The position numbers and the translations under genes were made by a program. 13,998 bases of DNA from Candidatus Methylomirabilota bacterium (GTDB lineage Bacteria > Methylomirabilota > Methylomirabilia > Rokubacteriales > CSP1-6), in the NCBI GenBank assembly GCA_046726415.1, contig JBKPAK010000151.1, positions 1 to 13,998 of the forward strand, given 5' to 3'. Positions 1 through 7,246 of the stretch are shown piece after piece. Every line of letters begins with the position of its first letter. The stretch's first letter is position 1. Below the pieces are notes generated by a model. That model saw only the letters and a program-made list of their open reading frames with translations, ran no database searches and had not been told where the DNA came from.

Positions 1-20
1 GCGCCGGGGCGCCCCGAGCA

Positions 21-57
21 CTTGGGGGGCTTGGGGGGCCCTGTCGAGGCCCCCCAT
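21..57. repeat. Short GC-rich palindromic element (REP-like)
   Basis: TTGGGGGGC occurs twice in tandem (22-30, 31-39). TGGGGGGCC (32-40) pairs perfectly with GGCCCCCCA (48-56) around a 7-nt loop CTGTCGA. Only one copy is in this window, so dispersed-repeat status is inferred. Confidence 0.55.
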
Positions 58-84
58 CTCAGTAGGAGCACGACGAGCACGCCG

Positions 85-828
85 ATGCGGATCGACATCG
101 TGACGCTATTCCCCGCGATGGCCGAAGTCCCGCTCGCGGAATCGATGATCGGACGAGCGCGCCAGCGAGGCCTGGTCCAGATCCGCGTCGTCGACCTTCG
201 CGACTACGCGGTGGATCGGCAGCGAACCACCGACGATTACCAGTTCGGCGGCGGGGGCGGGATGGTGCTGAAACCCGAACCACTGTTCTCAGCGGTGGCG
301 GCATTGCGAACGCCGGAGGCGCACGTCATTCTGATGGATCCGCGGGGACGACGCTTCAGTCAGGAGGTCGCGCGAGAGCTGGTGGGGCGGACGCATCTCA
401 TCCTCCTGGCCGGACGCTACGAAGGCGTCGATGAGCGCGTGCACGATCTACTGGCTGACGAGGCACTGTCCATCGGAGACTACGTCCTCACAGGCGGCGA
501 GCTCCCCGCGCTCGTGGTGACGGACGCCGTGGTGCGACTGGTGCGCGGGGTACTGGGCGCCGAAGGAGCGACAGAGCGCGAGTCCTTCGCCAGCGGCCTG
601 CTGGAGCCGCCGCAGTACACGCGGCCGGTGGAGTTCGCGGGCGCCCGGGTACCCGCGGTACTGATGTCTGGCGACCACGCCCGCATCGCGCAGTGGCGCC
701 GGCTGCAGGCGCTGTGGCGCACGTGGCGCACGCGGCGCGACCTGCTGGTCGCGGCGGCGCTGACGCCCGAGGAGCGCGCGCTGATCGATCGCTTTGAACA
801 CGGGGAGAGGCCGGACGATGTCCGGTGA
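85..828 (+). CDS. trmD: tRNA (guanine37-N1)-methyltransferase TrmD
   Basis: Typical N-terminus MRIDIVTLFP at ATG 85; motifs DDYQFGGGGGMV, GRYEGVDER, SIGDYVLTGGE, LLEPPQYTRP, VLMSGDHARI; conserved position upstream of rplS. 247 aa from ATG 85. Confidence 0.97.
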   Translation: MRIDIVTLFPAMAEVPLAESMIGRARQRGLVQIRVVDLRDYAVDRQRTTDDYQFGGGGGMVLKPEPLFSAVAALRTPEAHVILMDPRGRRFSQEVARELVGRTHLILLAGRYEGVDERVHDLLADEALSIGDYVLTGGELPALVVTDAVVRLVRGVLGAEGATERESFASGLLEPPQYTRPVEFAGARVPAVLMSGDHARIAQWRRLQALWRTWRTRRDLLVAAALTPEERALIDRFEHGERPDDVR

Positions 829-855
829 CCCCGCGATGAGAAAGGACTCGCAACC

Positions 856-1251
856 ATGGACGCCATTCGACTGGTAGAAGCCGGACAGCTCAGGAAAGAC
901 CGAGACGGATTCGCCCCGGGCGATACCGTGCGGGTGCAGGTAAAGGTCGTGGAAGGCGAGAAGGAACGCATCCAGGCCTTCGAGGGCGTCGTCATCCGCA
1001 AGCGCGGCGAAGGAGGGCGAGCGTCGTTCACGGTGCGCCGCATCTCGTACGGCGTCGGGGTGGAGCGGACCTTCCCCCTGCATTCTCCTCGTATCGAGCG
1101 CGTGCAGGTTGTCCGCCGCAGTCGCGTGCGCCGCTCGAAGCTCTACTATCTCCGCGGTCTGGCGGGCAAGGCGGCGCGCCTGAAAGAGAGGCGAGTGGCC
1201 GTTGTCCCCCCATCGGGAGAGGCCCCCTCAGAGCCAGCCTCCCAGCCGTAA
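856..1251 (+). CDS. rplS: 50S ribosomal protein L19
   Basis: [47 protein letters not shown] and [10 protein letters not shown] are L19 signatures; AAGGA SD at 842-846. Confidence 0.98.
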   Translation: MDAIRLVEAGQLRKDRDGFAPGDTVRVQVKVVEGEKERIQAFEGVVIRKRGEGGRASFTVRRISYGVGVERTFPLHSPRIERVQVVRRSRVRRSKLYYLRGLAGKAARLKERRVAVVPPSGEAPSEPASQP

Positions 1252-1263
1252 TCTCGATCCGAC

Positions 1264-1905
1264 GTGCCGCCCTTGTCGGCGCCGTATCACTACGAGGCGC
1301 GCGCGTGGCGCACGGGTCTCGTGCGTATCGCGGGAGTCGACGAAGCGGGGCGGGGACCTCTGGCCGGACCGGTAGTGGCCGCCGCCGTCATCATCGAGCC
1401 GGCGCGGCGCATCAGGGGATTGGCTGACTCCAAGCTCCTGCCACCGGAGCGGCGCGAGGAACTGTTCGAACGCATCCAAGCGCGTGCGGTCGCCGTTGGT
1501 GTCGGCATCGTGGACCACGACACCATCGACCGGATCAACATCCTGGAGGCCACACGCCGCGCCATGCAACAGGCCTTGGCCGGACTCGCCATCGCCCCCG
1601 AGCTGGTCATCACGGACTTCGTAAAGTTGGCTGGCCTCGCATGCCCGCAGCGCAATCTGGTGGACGGTGACGCCCGCTGTGCGAGCGTGGCCGCAGCGTC
1701 TATCGTCGCGAAGGTCGTGCGCGATCGGTTGATGCTCGAGGCCGACCGCGAGTTTCCCGAGTACGGCTTCGCCCGGCACAAGGGCTACGCCACTCCCGAA
1801 CACCTCGCCATCCTGGATCGGCTCGGCCCCTGCGCTCTGCACCGCCGGAGCTTCTCCGGCGTGTGGCGGCAGGGCGAGCTATTCACCTTCATCGAGGAAG
1901 ACTAG
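1264..1905 (+). CDS. rnhB: Ribonuclease HII
   Basis: AGVDEAGRGPLAGPVVAAAV, GLADSKLL, IDRINIL, AASIVAKVVRD, YGFARHKGY, HRRSF motifs; rplS-rnhB-yraN synteny. The exact GTG start is uncertain. Confidence 0.96.
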   Translation: MPPLSAPYHYEARAWRTGLVRIAGVDEAGRGPLAGPVVAAAVIIEPARRIRGLADSKLLPPERREELFERIQARAVAVGVGIVDHDTIDRINILEATRRAMQQALAGLAIAPELVITDFVKLAGLACPQRNLVDGDARCASVAAASIVAKVVRDRLMLEADREFPEYGFARHKGYATPEHLAILDRLGPCALHRRSFSGVWRQGELFTFIEED

Positions 1906-2086
1906 GGAGAGTGGGTGCCTCGAGAAGGTCCCAAGACCCCATCGCTCGAGCGTCCCGGAAAAGTCTCGATGCACCTCGGCCCGCCGCGCTGGGAGGTCCG
2001 GGGAACCCGGGACGCTCCTCGCCCGCGAGCACTGTCAGAATGTGTCGACACTTTCCCGTCCACCCTCGCCGCGCTATGACACCAGG

Positions 2087-2455
2087 GTGACCAATCAACG
2101 CCGCTCCCTGGGACAGGTGGCGGAAAGCGCGGCTGCGGAGTTCCTCGTCAAGGCCGGCCTCCGCGTGGTGGAGCGGAACGTCCGCTTCACGCTGGGCGAG
2201 CTCGACCTCGTGTGTCGCGACGGCGACATCCTCGTCTTCGTCGAGGTGAAGTGCCGGCAGGCGCGCTGGGGCGACACGCCGGCGGCGGCCGTCTCGTGGC
2301 ACAAGCAGCGGCGGCTCGTCCAGCTCGCCCAGCTCTACCTGAAGGCGCGTGGGTTCCGAGACGTCCGCTGCCGCTTCGACGTCGTCGCGGTCACCGAAGA
2401 CGGCGTGGGTCGCCTGGCCGTACGTCACCTTCGCGGCGCGTTCGACGGCACCTGA
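2087..2455 (+). CDS. yraN: YraN / UPF0102 family PD-(D/E)xK nuclease-like protein
   Basis: LGQVAESAAAEFL, ERNVR...GELDLV, LVFVEVK, KQRRLVQLA, RFDVVAV, HLRGAF. GTG 2087 gives 122 aa, the usual family size; follows rnhB as in many bacteria. Confidence 0.92.
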   Translation: MTNQRRSLGQVAESAAAEFLVKAGLRVVERNVRFTLGELDLVCRDGDILVFVEVKCRQARWGDTPAAAVSWHKQRRLVQLAQLYLKARGFRDVRCRFDVVAVTEDGVGRLAVRHLRGAFDGT

Positions 2456-2613
2456 CGCCGCCGACGACGCCTGCGCCGTGATGCGCTCCCGGCCGCGACG
2501 TCTGGACGCGCCGGCCGAAGTCGTTGGCTACCGCGTCCAAGGCCGTGTCGCGAGTGCATCGATCGGGTCGCCTAAGGCCTCAGCGGTAGGACACAAGGCG
2601 GTGCCTCGCCGCA

Positions 2614-2642
2614 TTGCGTGCTCTCGGGGCGGCCGGTACACT
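2614..2642 (+). promoter_or_regulatory. Sigma70-type promoter candidate for the enzyme operon
   Basis: TTGCGT (2614-2619), 17-nt spacer, TACACT (2637-2642). ATG 2651 follows after 8 nt with no SD, consistent with a leaderless or near-leaderless mRNA. Confidence 0.6.
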
Positions 2643-2650
2643 CACGGGCC

Positions 2651-3694
2651 ATGACCATTCGCTGGGATGCCTATCGCACGGCGCTGCCGTCCATCGAGCG
2701 CGCGGTAAGCCGCACGCCTCTCGTGAAGCTCAATCGCATCCTCACCGTCGGTCCACCCATCTACGTGAAGGTGGAGTGGTTCGGGCCCTCCGGCAGCCTC
2801 AAGGACCGCATCTACCTCCACATGTTCGAGCAAGCGGAGGCCCGCGGCGATCTCCGACCCGGCATGCGCGTGCTCGAGTGCTCGACGGGGAACGCCGGCA
2901 TTGCCTGCTCGTTCGTGGCTGCCGTCAAAGGCTATCCGTGCACGGTCGTGATGCCGGACGGCATGAGCGAGGAGCGGAAGAAGATCATGCGCGCCTATGG
3001 CGCCGACCTGGTCTTCACACCGGGTGGCGAGAGCGACGTCGATCTGTCACTCAAGAAACTCGAGGCCATCCGGGCGCGCGATCCCAGCGGGTACTGGGTG
3101 CCTGGACAGTTCGGGAACGCCGACAACATCGACGCGCACTACCGCACCACCGGTCCCGAGATCTGGGAGCAAGCCGGAGGTATCGTGGGCGCCTTCGTCG
3201 CTGCCCAGGGCAGCGGTGGGACCCTGAGTGGCGTCGGACGGTACTTGCGCGAGCGCGACGGTCGGGTCAAGCTCTACGCGGTGGAGCCAGACGAGTGCGC
3301 GCTTCTCTCGCGACGAGCCTGGGGTCCGCACGGCATCGAGGGGATCGGCGACGGCTTCATCCCTGCGAACCTCGACGTCTCGCTGCTCACCGGGATCATC
3401 ACGACCGGCACCGACGAGAGCGTCGGCATGGCTCGCCGCATTGCCCGCGAGGAAGGGCTCTTCTGCGGGATCTCCACCGGATGCAATGTGGCGGCGGCCA
3501 TCAAGCTCGCTCACCGCCATCCGGAGTTGCCGTCGATCATCACCATGGTGAACGACACTGGGCAGCGCTACTTCACCACCCCGCTGTGCGGCGAGACCAA
3601 ACAGGTGGACGTGCCGGAGCGGGATCACCCCATGGACGAGCGAACACGCCGTGAGCTCGATCGCTACCAGGCGCGCTGGGAGATCCTGACGTGA
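2651..3694 (+). CDS. PLP-dependent cysteine-synthase-family (fold type II) enzyme, divergent
   Basis: RTPLVKL, SGSLKDR (PLP Lys51), ECSTGNAG, MSEERKKIMRAYGA, QFGNADN..AHY.TTGPEIWEQ, GSGGT, HGIEGIGDGFIP, EEGLFCGISTG, DTGQRY. 347 aa from ATG 2651, with a C-terminal extension. Confidence 0.9.
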   Translation: MTIRWDAYRTALPSIERAVSRTPLVKLNRILTVGPPIYVKVEWFGPSGSLKDRIYLHMFEQAEARGDLRPGMRVLECSTGNAGIACSFVAAVKGYPCTVVMPDGMSEERKKIMRAYGADLVFTPGGESDVDLSLKKLEAIRARDPSGYWVPGQFGNADNIDAHYRTTGPEIWEQAGGIVGAFVAAQGSGGTLSGVGRYLRERDGRVKLYAVEPDECALLSRRAWGPHGIEGIGDGFIPANLDVSLLTGIITTGTDESVGMARRIAREEGLFCGISTGCNVAAAIKLAHRHPELPSIITMVNDTGQRYFTTPLCGETKQVDVPERDHPMDERTRRELDRYQARWEILT

Positions 3695-4647
3695 GGCCCG
3701 GCGAGTACGACTTCGTGGCCGCCCGCCGGCGCCTGGAGGGCAAGGCCAAGTCGGCCGGCGAGAAGCTCACCTCAGTCGAGGACGCCGTGCTCCGCGTGAA
3801 GGACGGTGACCACGTCGCGGTGGGTGGCTGCCTCTTCTCGCGGACGCCGATGGCGCTGGTGCGCGAAATCCTCCGCCAGCGCCGGACCGGTCTGACTCTC
3901 TCGCGAAACCTCATGTGCACGGAGGGCGAGTTCCTCATGGTGACGGGCGGTGTCGAGCGCGTCGTCACCGCCTGGATGTCCATCGGCCTGCCCTGGGGGG
4001 TCTCGAAGATCCTCCGCCACTACGTGGAGTCGGGCAGGGTGGCCCTTGAAGAGTGGAGCCATCTGGCCCTTGGCTTGCGCTTCCGGGCGGCGGCCATGGG
4101 AGTGCCGTTCCTTCCCGCGCTGACCATGCTGGGCTCGGATCTCATGGGCGTGGGGGGCATGAAGACCATCCAGGATCCCTACACGGGCGAAACGCTGGCC
4201 GCCGTCCCCGCGCTGTTCCCCGACGTGGGCATCGTGCACGTGCACCGGGCCGACCGCTTCGGCAACTGTCAGATCGACGGGTACCCTCACATGGACGCCG
4301 ACATCGCCCGGGCGGCGAGCACTGTGCTCGTCACCACGGAGGAAATCATCTCGGACGAAGACACTCGGCGCTATCCCGATCGGACGGTCATCCCCGGCTT
4401 TGCCGTCGACGCGCTCGTCCACGCTCCCTTCGGATCCTTTCCCCACGAGTGCTACGCCCTCTACGAGGCCGACTACGATCACTTCGGGGACTACACGGCC
4501 GCCATCGACGCCCGGGGCCCGGCCGCCGTGGCGGACTATCTCGATCGCTACGTCTTCCAGCCCGCCACCTTTGTCGACTACCTGGATCTCTTCGGCGGAG
4601 CACGCCTGGCCGAACAGCAACGGAAGGCCCGCGAGCTCACCCGATGA
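3691..4647 (+). CDS. Family I CoA-transferase subunit A (GctA/CatI-like)
   Basis: VKDGDHVAVGG, RTPMALVREI, EEWSH.AL.LRFRAAAMGVPFLP, LGSDL, DPYTGE, PDVGIVHVHRADRFGN, VTTEEII, PFGSFPHECY. Its GTG overlaps the upstream TGA (GTGA 3691-3694). Confidence 0.92.
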   Translation: MRPGEYDFVAARRRLEGKAKSAGEKLTSVEDAVLRVKDGDHVAVGGCLFSRTPMALVREILRQRRTGLTLSRNLMCTEGEFLMVTGGVERVVTAWMSIGLPWGVSKILRHYVESGRVALEEWSHLALGLRFRAAAMGVPFLPALTMLGSDLMGVGGMKTIQDPYTGETLAAVPALFPDVGIVHVHRADRFGNCQIDGYPHMDADIARAASTVLVTTEEIISDEDTRRYPDRTVIPGFAVDALVHAPFGSFPHECYALYEADYDHFGDYTAAIDARGPAAVADYLDRYVFQPATFVDYLDLFGGARLAEQQRKARELTR

Positions 4648-4802
4648 CCCCGCGACTGCCTCGAACAGCCCACCCGCGGCTCACGCCGCCCTCCAGCCCG
4701 TCGCTACCAACGACCCCGCGCCTGCCTCGAACAGCCCACCCGCGGCTCACGCCGCCCTCCAGCCCGTCGCTACCAACGCCGCCACGCCCGCCTCGACAAT
4801 GA
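4644..4802 (+). CDS. Putative 52-aa Pro/Arg-rich repeat peptide bridging the two CoA-transferase genes
   Basis: ATG 4644 overlaps the subunit A stop (ATGA 4644-4647); its TGA overlaps the subunit B start (ATGA 4799-4802). Sequence M-(TPRLPRTAHPRLTPPSSPSLPT)x2-PPRPPRQ. Translation is inferred only from the coupling geometry. Confidence 0.35.
   Translation: MTPRLPRTAHPRLTPPSSPSLPTTPRLPRTAHPRLTPPSSPSLPTPPRPPRQ
4646..4796 (+). repeat. 66-bp tandem direct repeat, two full copies plus a degenerate partial third
   Basis: 4646-4711 and 4712-4777 are identical except A4655/C4721; 4778-4796 matches the start of unit 2 at 15 of 19 positions. Confidence 0.95.
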
Positions 4803-5569
4803 CCTCGCGGTTCAACGCGTCCGAGCTGCTCGCGGTGATCGCATCTCGGCAGCTCCGCGACGACACCACGGTCTTCGCTGGCGTTGGAGTCCCGCTGCTC
4901 GCCGCCGCCCTCGCCAAGCAGCGTCACGCGCCCCGCCTCACCCTGGTGATCGAGGGAGGCATCATCGGGCCCGAGATCGCGCCCGGCCGGCTGCCGATCT
5001 CCACCAACGAGATGCGCGCTGGACATCGGGCCACCATGTTGCCCGGAATCACCGACGCCTTCCTCTTCGCCCAGCGCGGCTTCGTGGACGTCGGTTTCAT
5101 GGGCGGCGCCCAGATCGACCAGTACGGCAACATCAACACCAGCGCGATCGGCGGGGACTACTGGAAACCGAACGTGCGGCTCCCGGGCACCGGGGGGGCC
5201 AACGACATCGCTTCCCTGTGTCGCGAGGTCATCATCGTGACGCCCCACGAGAAGCGCCGCTTTGTCGAGCACGTCGATTTCATCACCAGCCCCGCCTGGC
5301 TCGAGGGCGATGGCTCGCGCCGCCGCGCTGGTCTCCTCTTTGGCGGCGTCTCGCGCGTGGTCACCACGCTCGGCATCTTCGGCTTCGACCCCCAGACGCG
5401 ACGCATGCGCATCGAAGCCACCTACCCGGAGGTGACCGTCGAGACCATCCGGGCGCACACCGGCTTCGAGCTGGGCGTCGCCGCCGAGGTGGGTATCACC
5501 GATCCGCCCGGGGAGGACGAGCTGGCCATGCTGCGTGCCCTAGATCCGGAGCGCCGTTTTCTCGGCTAG
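4799..5569 (+). CDS. Family I CoA-transferase subunit B (GctB/CatJ-like)
   Basis: ELLAVIASRQL, VFAGVGVP, HAPRLTLVIEGG (Glu52, the position of the catalytic Glu of GctB), DVGFMGGAQIDQYGNINT, RLPGTGGANDIAS, HEKRRFVEHVDFITSP, VVTTLGIFGFD, TGFEL. 256 aa from ATG 4799. Confidence 0.93.
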   Translation: MTSRFNASELLAVIASRQLRDDTTVFAGVGVPLLAAALAKQRHAPRLTLVIEGGIIGPEIAPGRLPISTNEMRAGHRATMLPGITDAFLFAQRGFVDVGFMGGAQIDQYGNINTSAIGGDYWKPNVRLPGTGGANDIASLCREVIIVTPHEKRRFVEHVDFITSPAWLEGDGSRRRAGLLFGGVSRVVTTLGIFGFDPQTRRMRIEATYPEVTVETIRAHTGFELGVAAEVGITDPPGEDELAMLRALDPERRFLG

Positions 5570-5586
5570 CCCCAAGGAGTCGCTGC

Positions 5587-6522
5587 GTGCACATCGGTCT
5601 CGCCATCAAGAATTTCGTGGGGCCCACCGAGACGCCTGACGTCGATGCCATCATCGCCTATGCCGAGCGCGCCGAGACACTCGGCTTCGAGTCGCTGTGG
5701 GCGTGGGATCACGTCATTCTCGGAGTGGAGCCGTCCTTTCCCATCCTCGAGGCCGTGGGCATCCTGACCGCCGTGGCCGCTCGCACGCGCGTCATCAAGT
5801 TGGGCACCGGCGTCATGGTGCTCCCGCTGCGCAATCCGACCGTGACCGCCAAGGCCCTCGGGACCCTCGACGTCATCTCCAAGGGACGGCTCATCCTGGG
5901 CGTGGCCGCTGGCTGGTACGCGCGGGAGTTCGACGCGGTCGGCGTGCCCTTCAAGCAGCGCGGCCGGCTCTTCGAAAGGAATCTCGACATCCTGACCCGT
6001 CTGTGGGCAGAGGATCGCGTCAGTCTGCAGAGAGACGAGTTCAACCTGCGCGAGGCGGTGATGCGCCCGCGAACGGTACAGCAGCCGCGACCGCCGATCC
6101 TGATCGGCGGCTACGTGAACGCCGTGCTCCGGCGCGTGGCGACCAGAGGCGACGGCTGGTTGACCTATTTCTACACTCCGGACAGCTACCGGAAGTCATG
6201 GGAGAAGATCGTTGGCTTTGCCCGCGAGGCGGGCCGCAATCCCCAGACTCTCACCGGCACCAATCAGCTTGCCATCTACGTGGGGCGATCCCGCGCGGAG
6301 ACGGAAGGGCCCATGCGGCACTGGCTTCAGACGGAGTGGGACGTGGCGGCGTGGAGCGAGTCCACCATCGAGCATGCCATCCGAGGGAGCGTGGACGAGT
6401 GCGTGAGCCAGCTCCGCGATCACGTGGCCACGGGCGTGGACAGGCTCATCCTGATCCCCTATCGCTATGAGCCCGCGCAGGTCGAAATCATCGCCCGAGA
6501 GATTCTTCCCCGTCTGCAATGA
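5587..6522 (+). CDS. LLM-class (luciferase-like) flavin- or F420-dependent oxidoreductase
   Basis: AAGGAG SD at 5574-5579 before GTG 5587; AERAETLGFESLWAWDH, AARTRVIKLGTGVMVLPLRNP, LDVISKGRLILGVAAGW..EF..VG, QQPRPPILIGG, RVATRGDGW. 311 aa. Confidence 0.93.
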   Translation: MHIGLAIKNFVGPTETPDVDAIIAYAERAETLGFESLWAWDHVILGVEPSFPILEAVGILTAVAARTRVIKLGTGVMVLPLRNPTVTAKALGTLDVISKGRLILGVAAGWYAREFDAVGVPFKQRGRLFERNLDILTRLWAEDRVSLQRDEFNLREAVMRPRTVQQPRPPILIGGYVNAVLRRVATRGDGWLTYFYTPDSYRKSWEKIVGFAREAGRNPQTLTGTNQLAIYVGRSRAETEGPMRHWLQTEWDVAAWSESTIEHAIRGSVDECVSQLRDHVATGVDRLILIPYRYEPAQVEIIAREILPRLQ

Positions 6523-6573
6523 CGCCCTCTGGGCCCATCGCTCGCGACCTCCAGCGCAAGCCGGGCTAGTGCC

Positions 6574-7236
6574 GTGCCATACAGCGCCGACCGCGCCGCC
6601 ACCTTTGACCGCGTCCTCCGCCCCGAGCGCGGACAGACCGCGCTCCTGGTCGTGGACATGCAGCGCGGTTTTCTGGATCCGGGCGAACCCATGGAAGTGC
6701 CGCCGGCCCGCGACATCGTCCCCATCATCCAAGGGCTTCTCGACCTCTTCCGGGTCAAGGAGCTGCCCGTGATCTTCTCCGAGTTCGTCTATTCGCCTGA
6801 GGTGCCCCTTCTCGTCGGAGAGCTTCACGTGGAGCACAAGCCCGCGCCGGCCGACGTGCCACGCGGCTTCGGAACGCCCTCGTCCAGCTGTCTGGAGGGC
6901 GACCCCAGCGCTCACACCGTGCGGGCCCTCGCACCCCGACCCGGGGAGCTAGTCGTGCGCAAGCGCTGGTATGACGCCTTCGCCGGCACGCCTCTCGACG
7001 GCGCGCTGCGGGCCCGGCGGATCACCGCGCTCGTCATGACGGGAACGATGACCGACATCTGCGTGCTGGCCACCGTCATCGGCGCCTTCAACCGGGAGTA
7101 CCGGATCTCCGTGGTGGAGGATGGCGTGGCTACGCTGTGGCCGGAGATCCAGCATGCTACCCTCGACATCATCCGCCGCGCCTACGGCCGGGTGATCCCG
7201 GCCAAGGCCGTGGCTGACGAACTCGGACAGTGGTGA
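6574..7236 (+). CDS. Isochorismatase-family cysteine hydrolase (amidohydrolase)
   Basis: Catalytic triad D28 (ALLVVDMQRGF), K130 (VRKRWYDAF), C163 (GTMTDICV); VVEDGVA. No obvious PncA-type DxH metal motif. Confidence 0.92.
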   Translation: MPYSADRAATFDRVLRPERGQTALLVVDMQRGFLDPGEPMEVPPARDIVPIIQGLLDLFRVKELPVIFSEFVYSPEVPLLVGELHVEHKPAPADVPRGFGTPSSSCLEGDPSAHTVRALAPRPGELVVRKRWYDAFAGTPLDGALRARRITALVMTGTMTDICVLATVIGAFNREYRISVVEDGVATLWPEIQHATLDIIRRAYGRVIPAKAVADELGQW

Positions 7237-7246
7237 GGAGCCGGCG

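Noticed and set aside
1198-1251. Pro/Ser-rich tail of L19 as an inserted element
   Set aside because: Low-complexity C-terminal extensions are common in L19 and there is no convincing match to the 21-57 palindrome.
1955-1970. GGAAAAGTCTCG as the RNase P RNA P4 motif, or the spacer as SRP RNA or tRNA
   Set aside because: The 181-nt spacer is too short for rnpB and lacks the 3' P4 partner; no SRP GGAA-loop domain or T-loop GTTCRA cloverleaf was found.
4646-4796. 66-bp periodicity as a CRISPR array
   Set aside because: The whole unit is repeated with no unique spacers, only two full copies exist, and no cas gene is present.
4799-5569. CoA-transferase pair as a repurposed non-transferase such as the AibAB decarboxylase or IpdAB hydrolase
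   Set aside because: The beta-subunit Glu (Glu52 in VIEGG) is retained, consistent with ordinary family I chemistry.
4400-5586. Extended starts at 4400 (subunit B) and 5218 (LLM) in the ORF track
   Set aside because: They overlap real upstream genes out of frame; family similarity begins at 4799 and 5587, the latter with a good SD.
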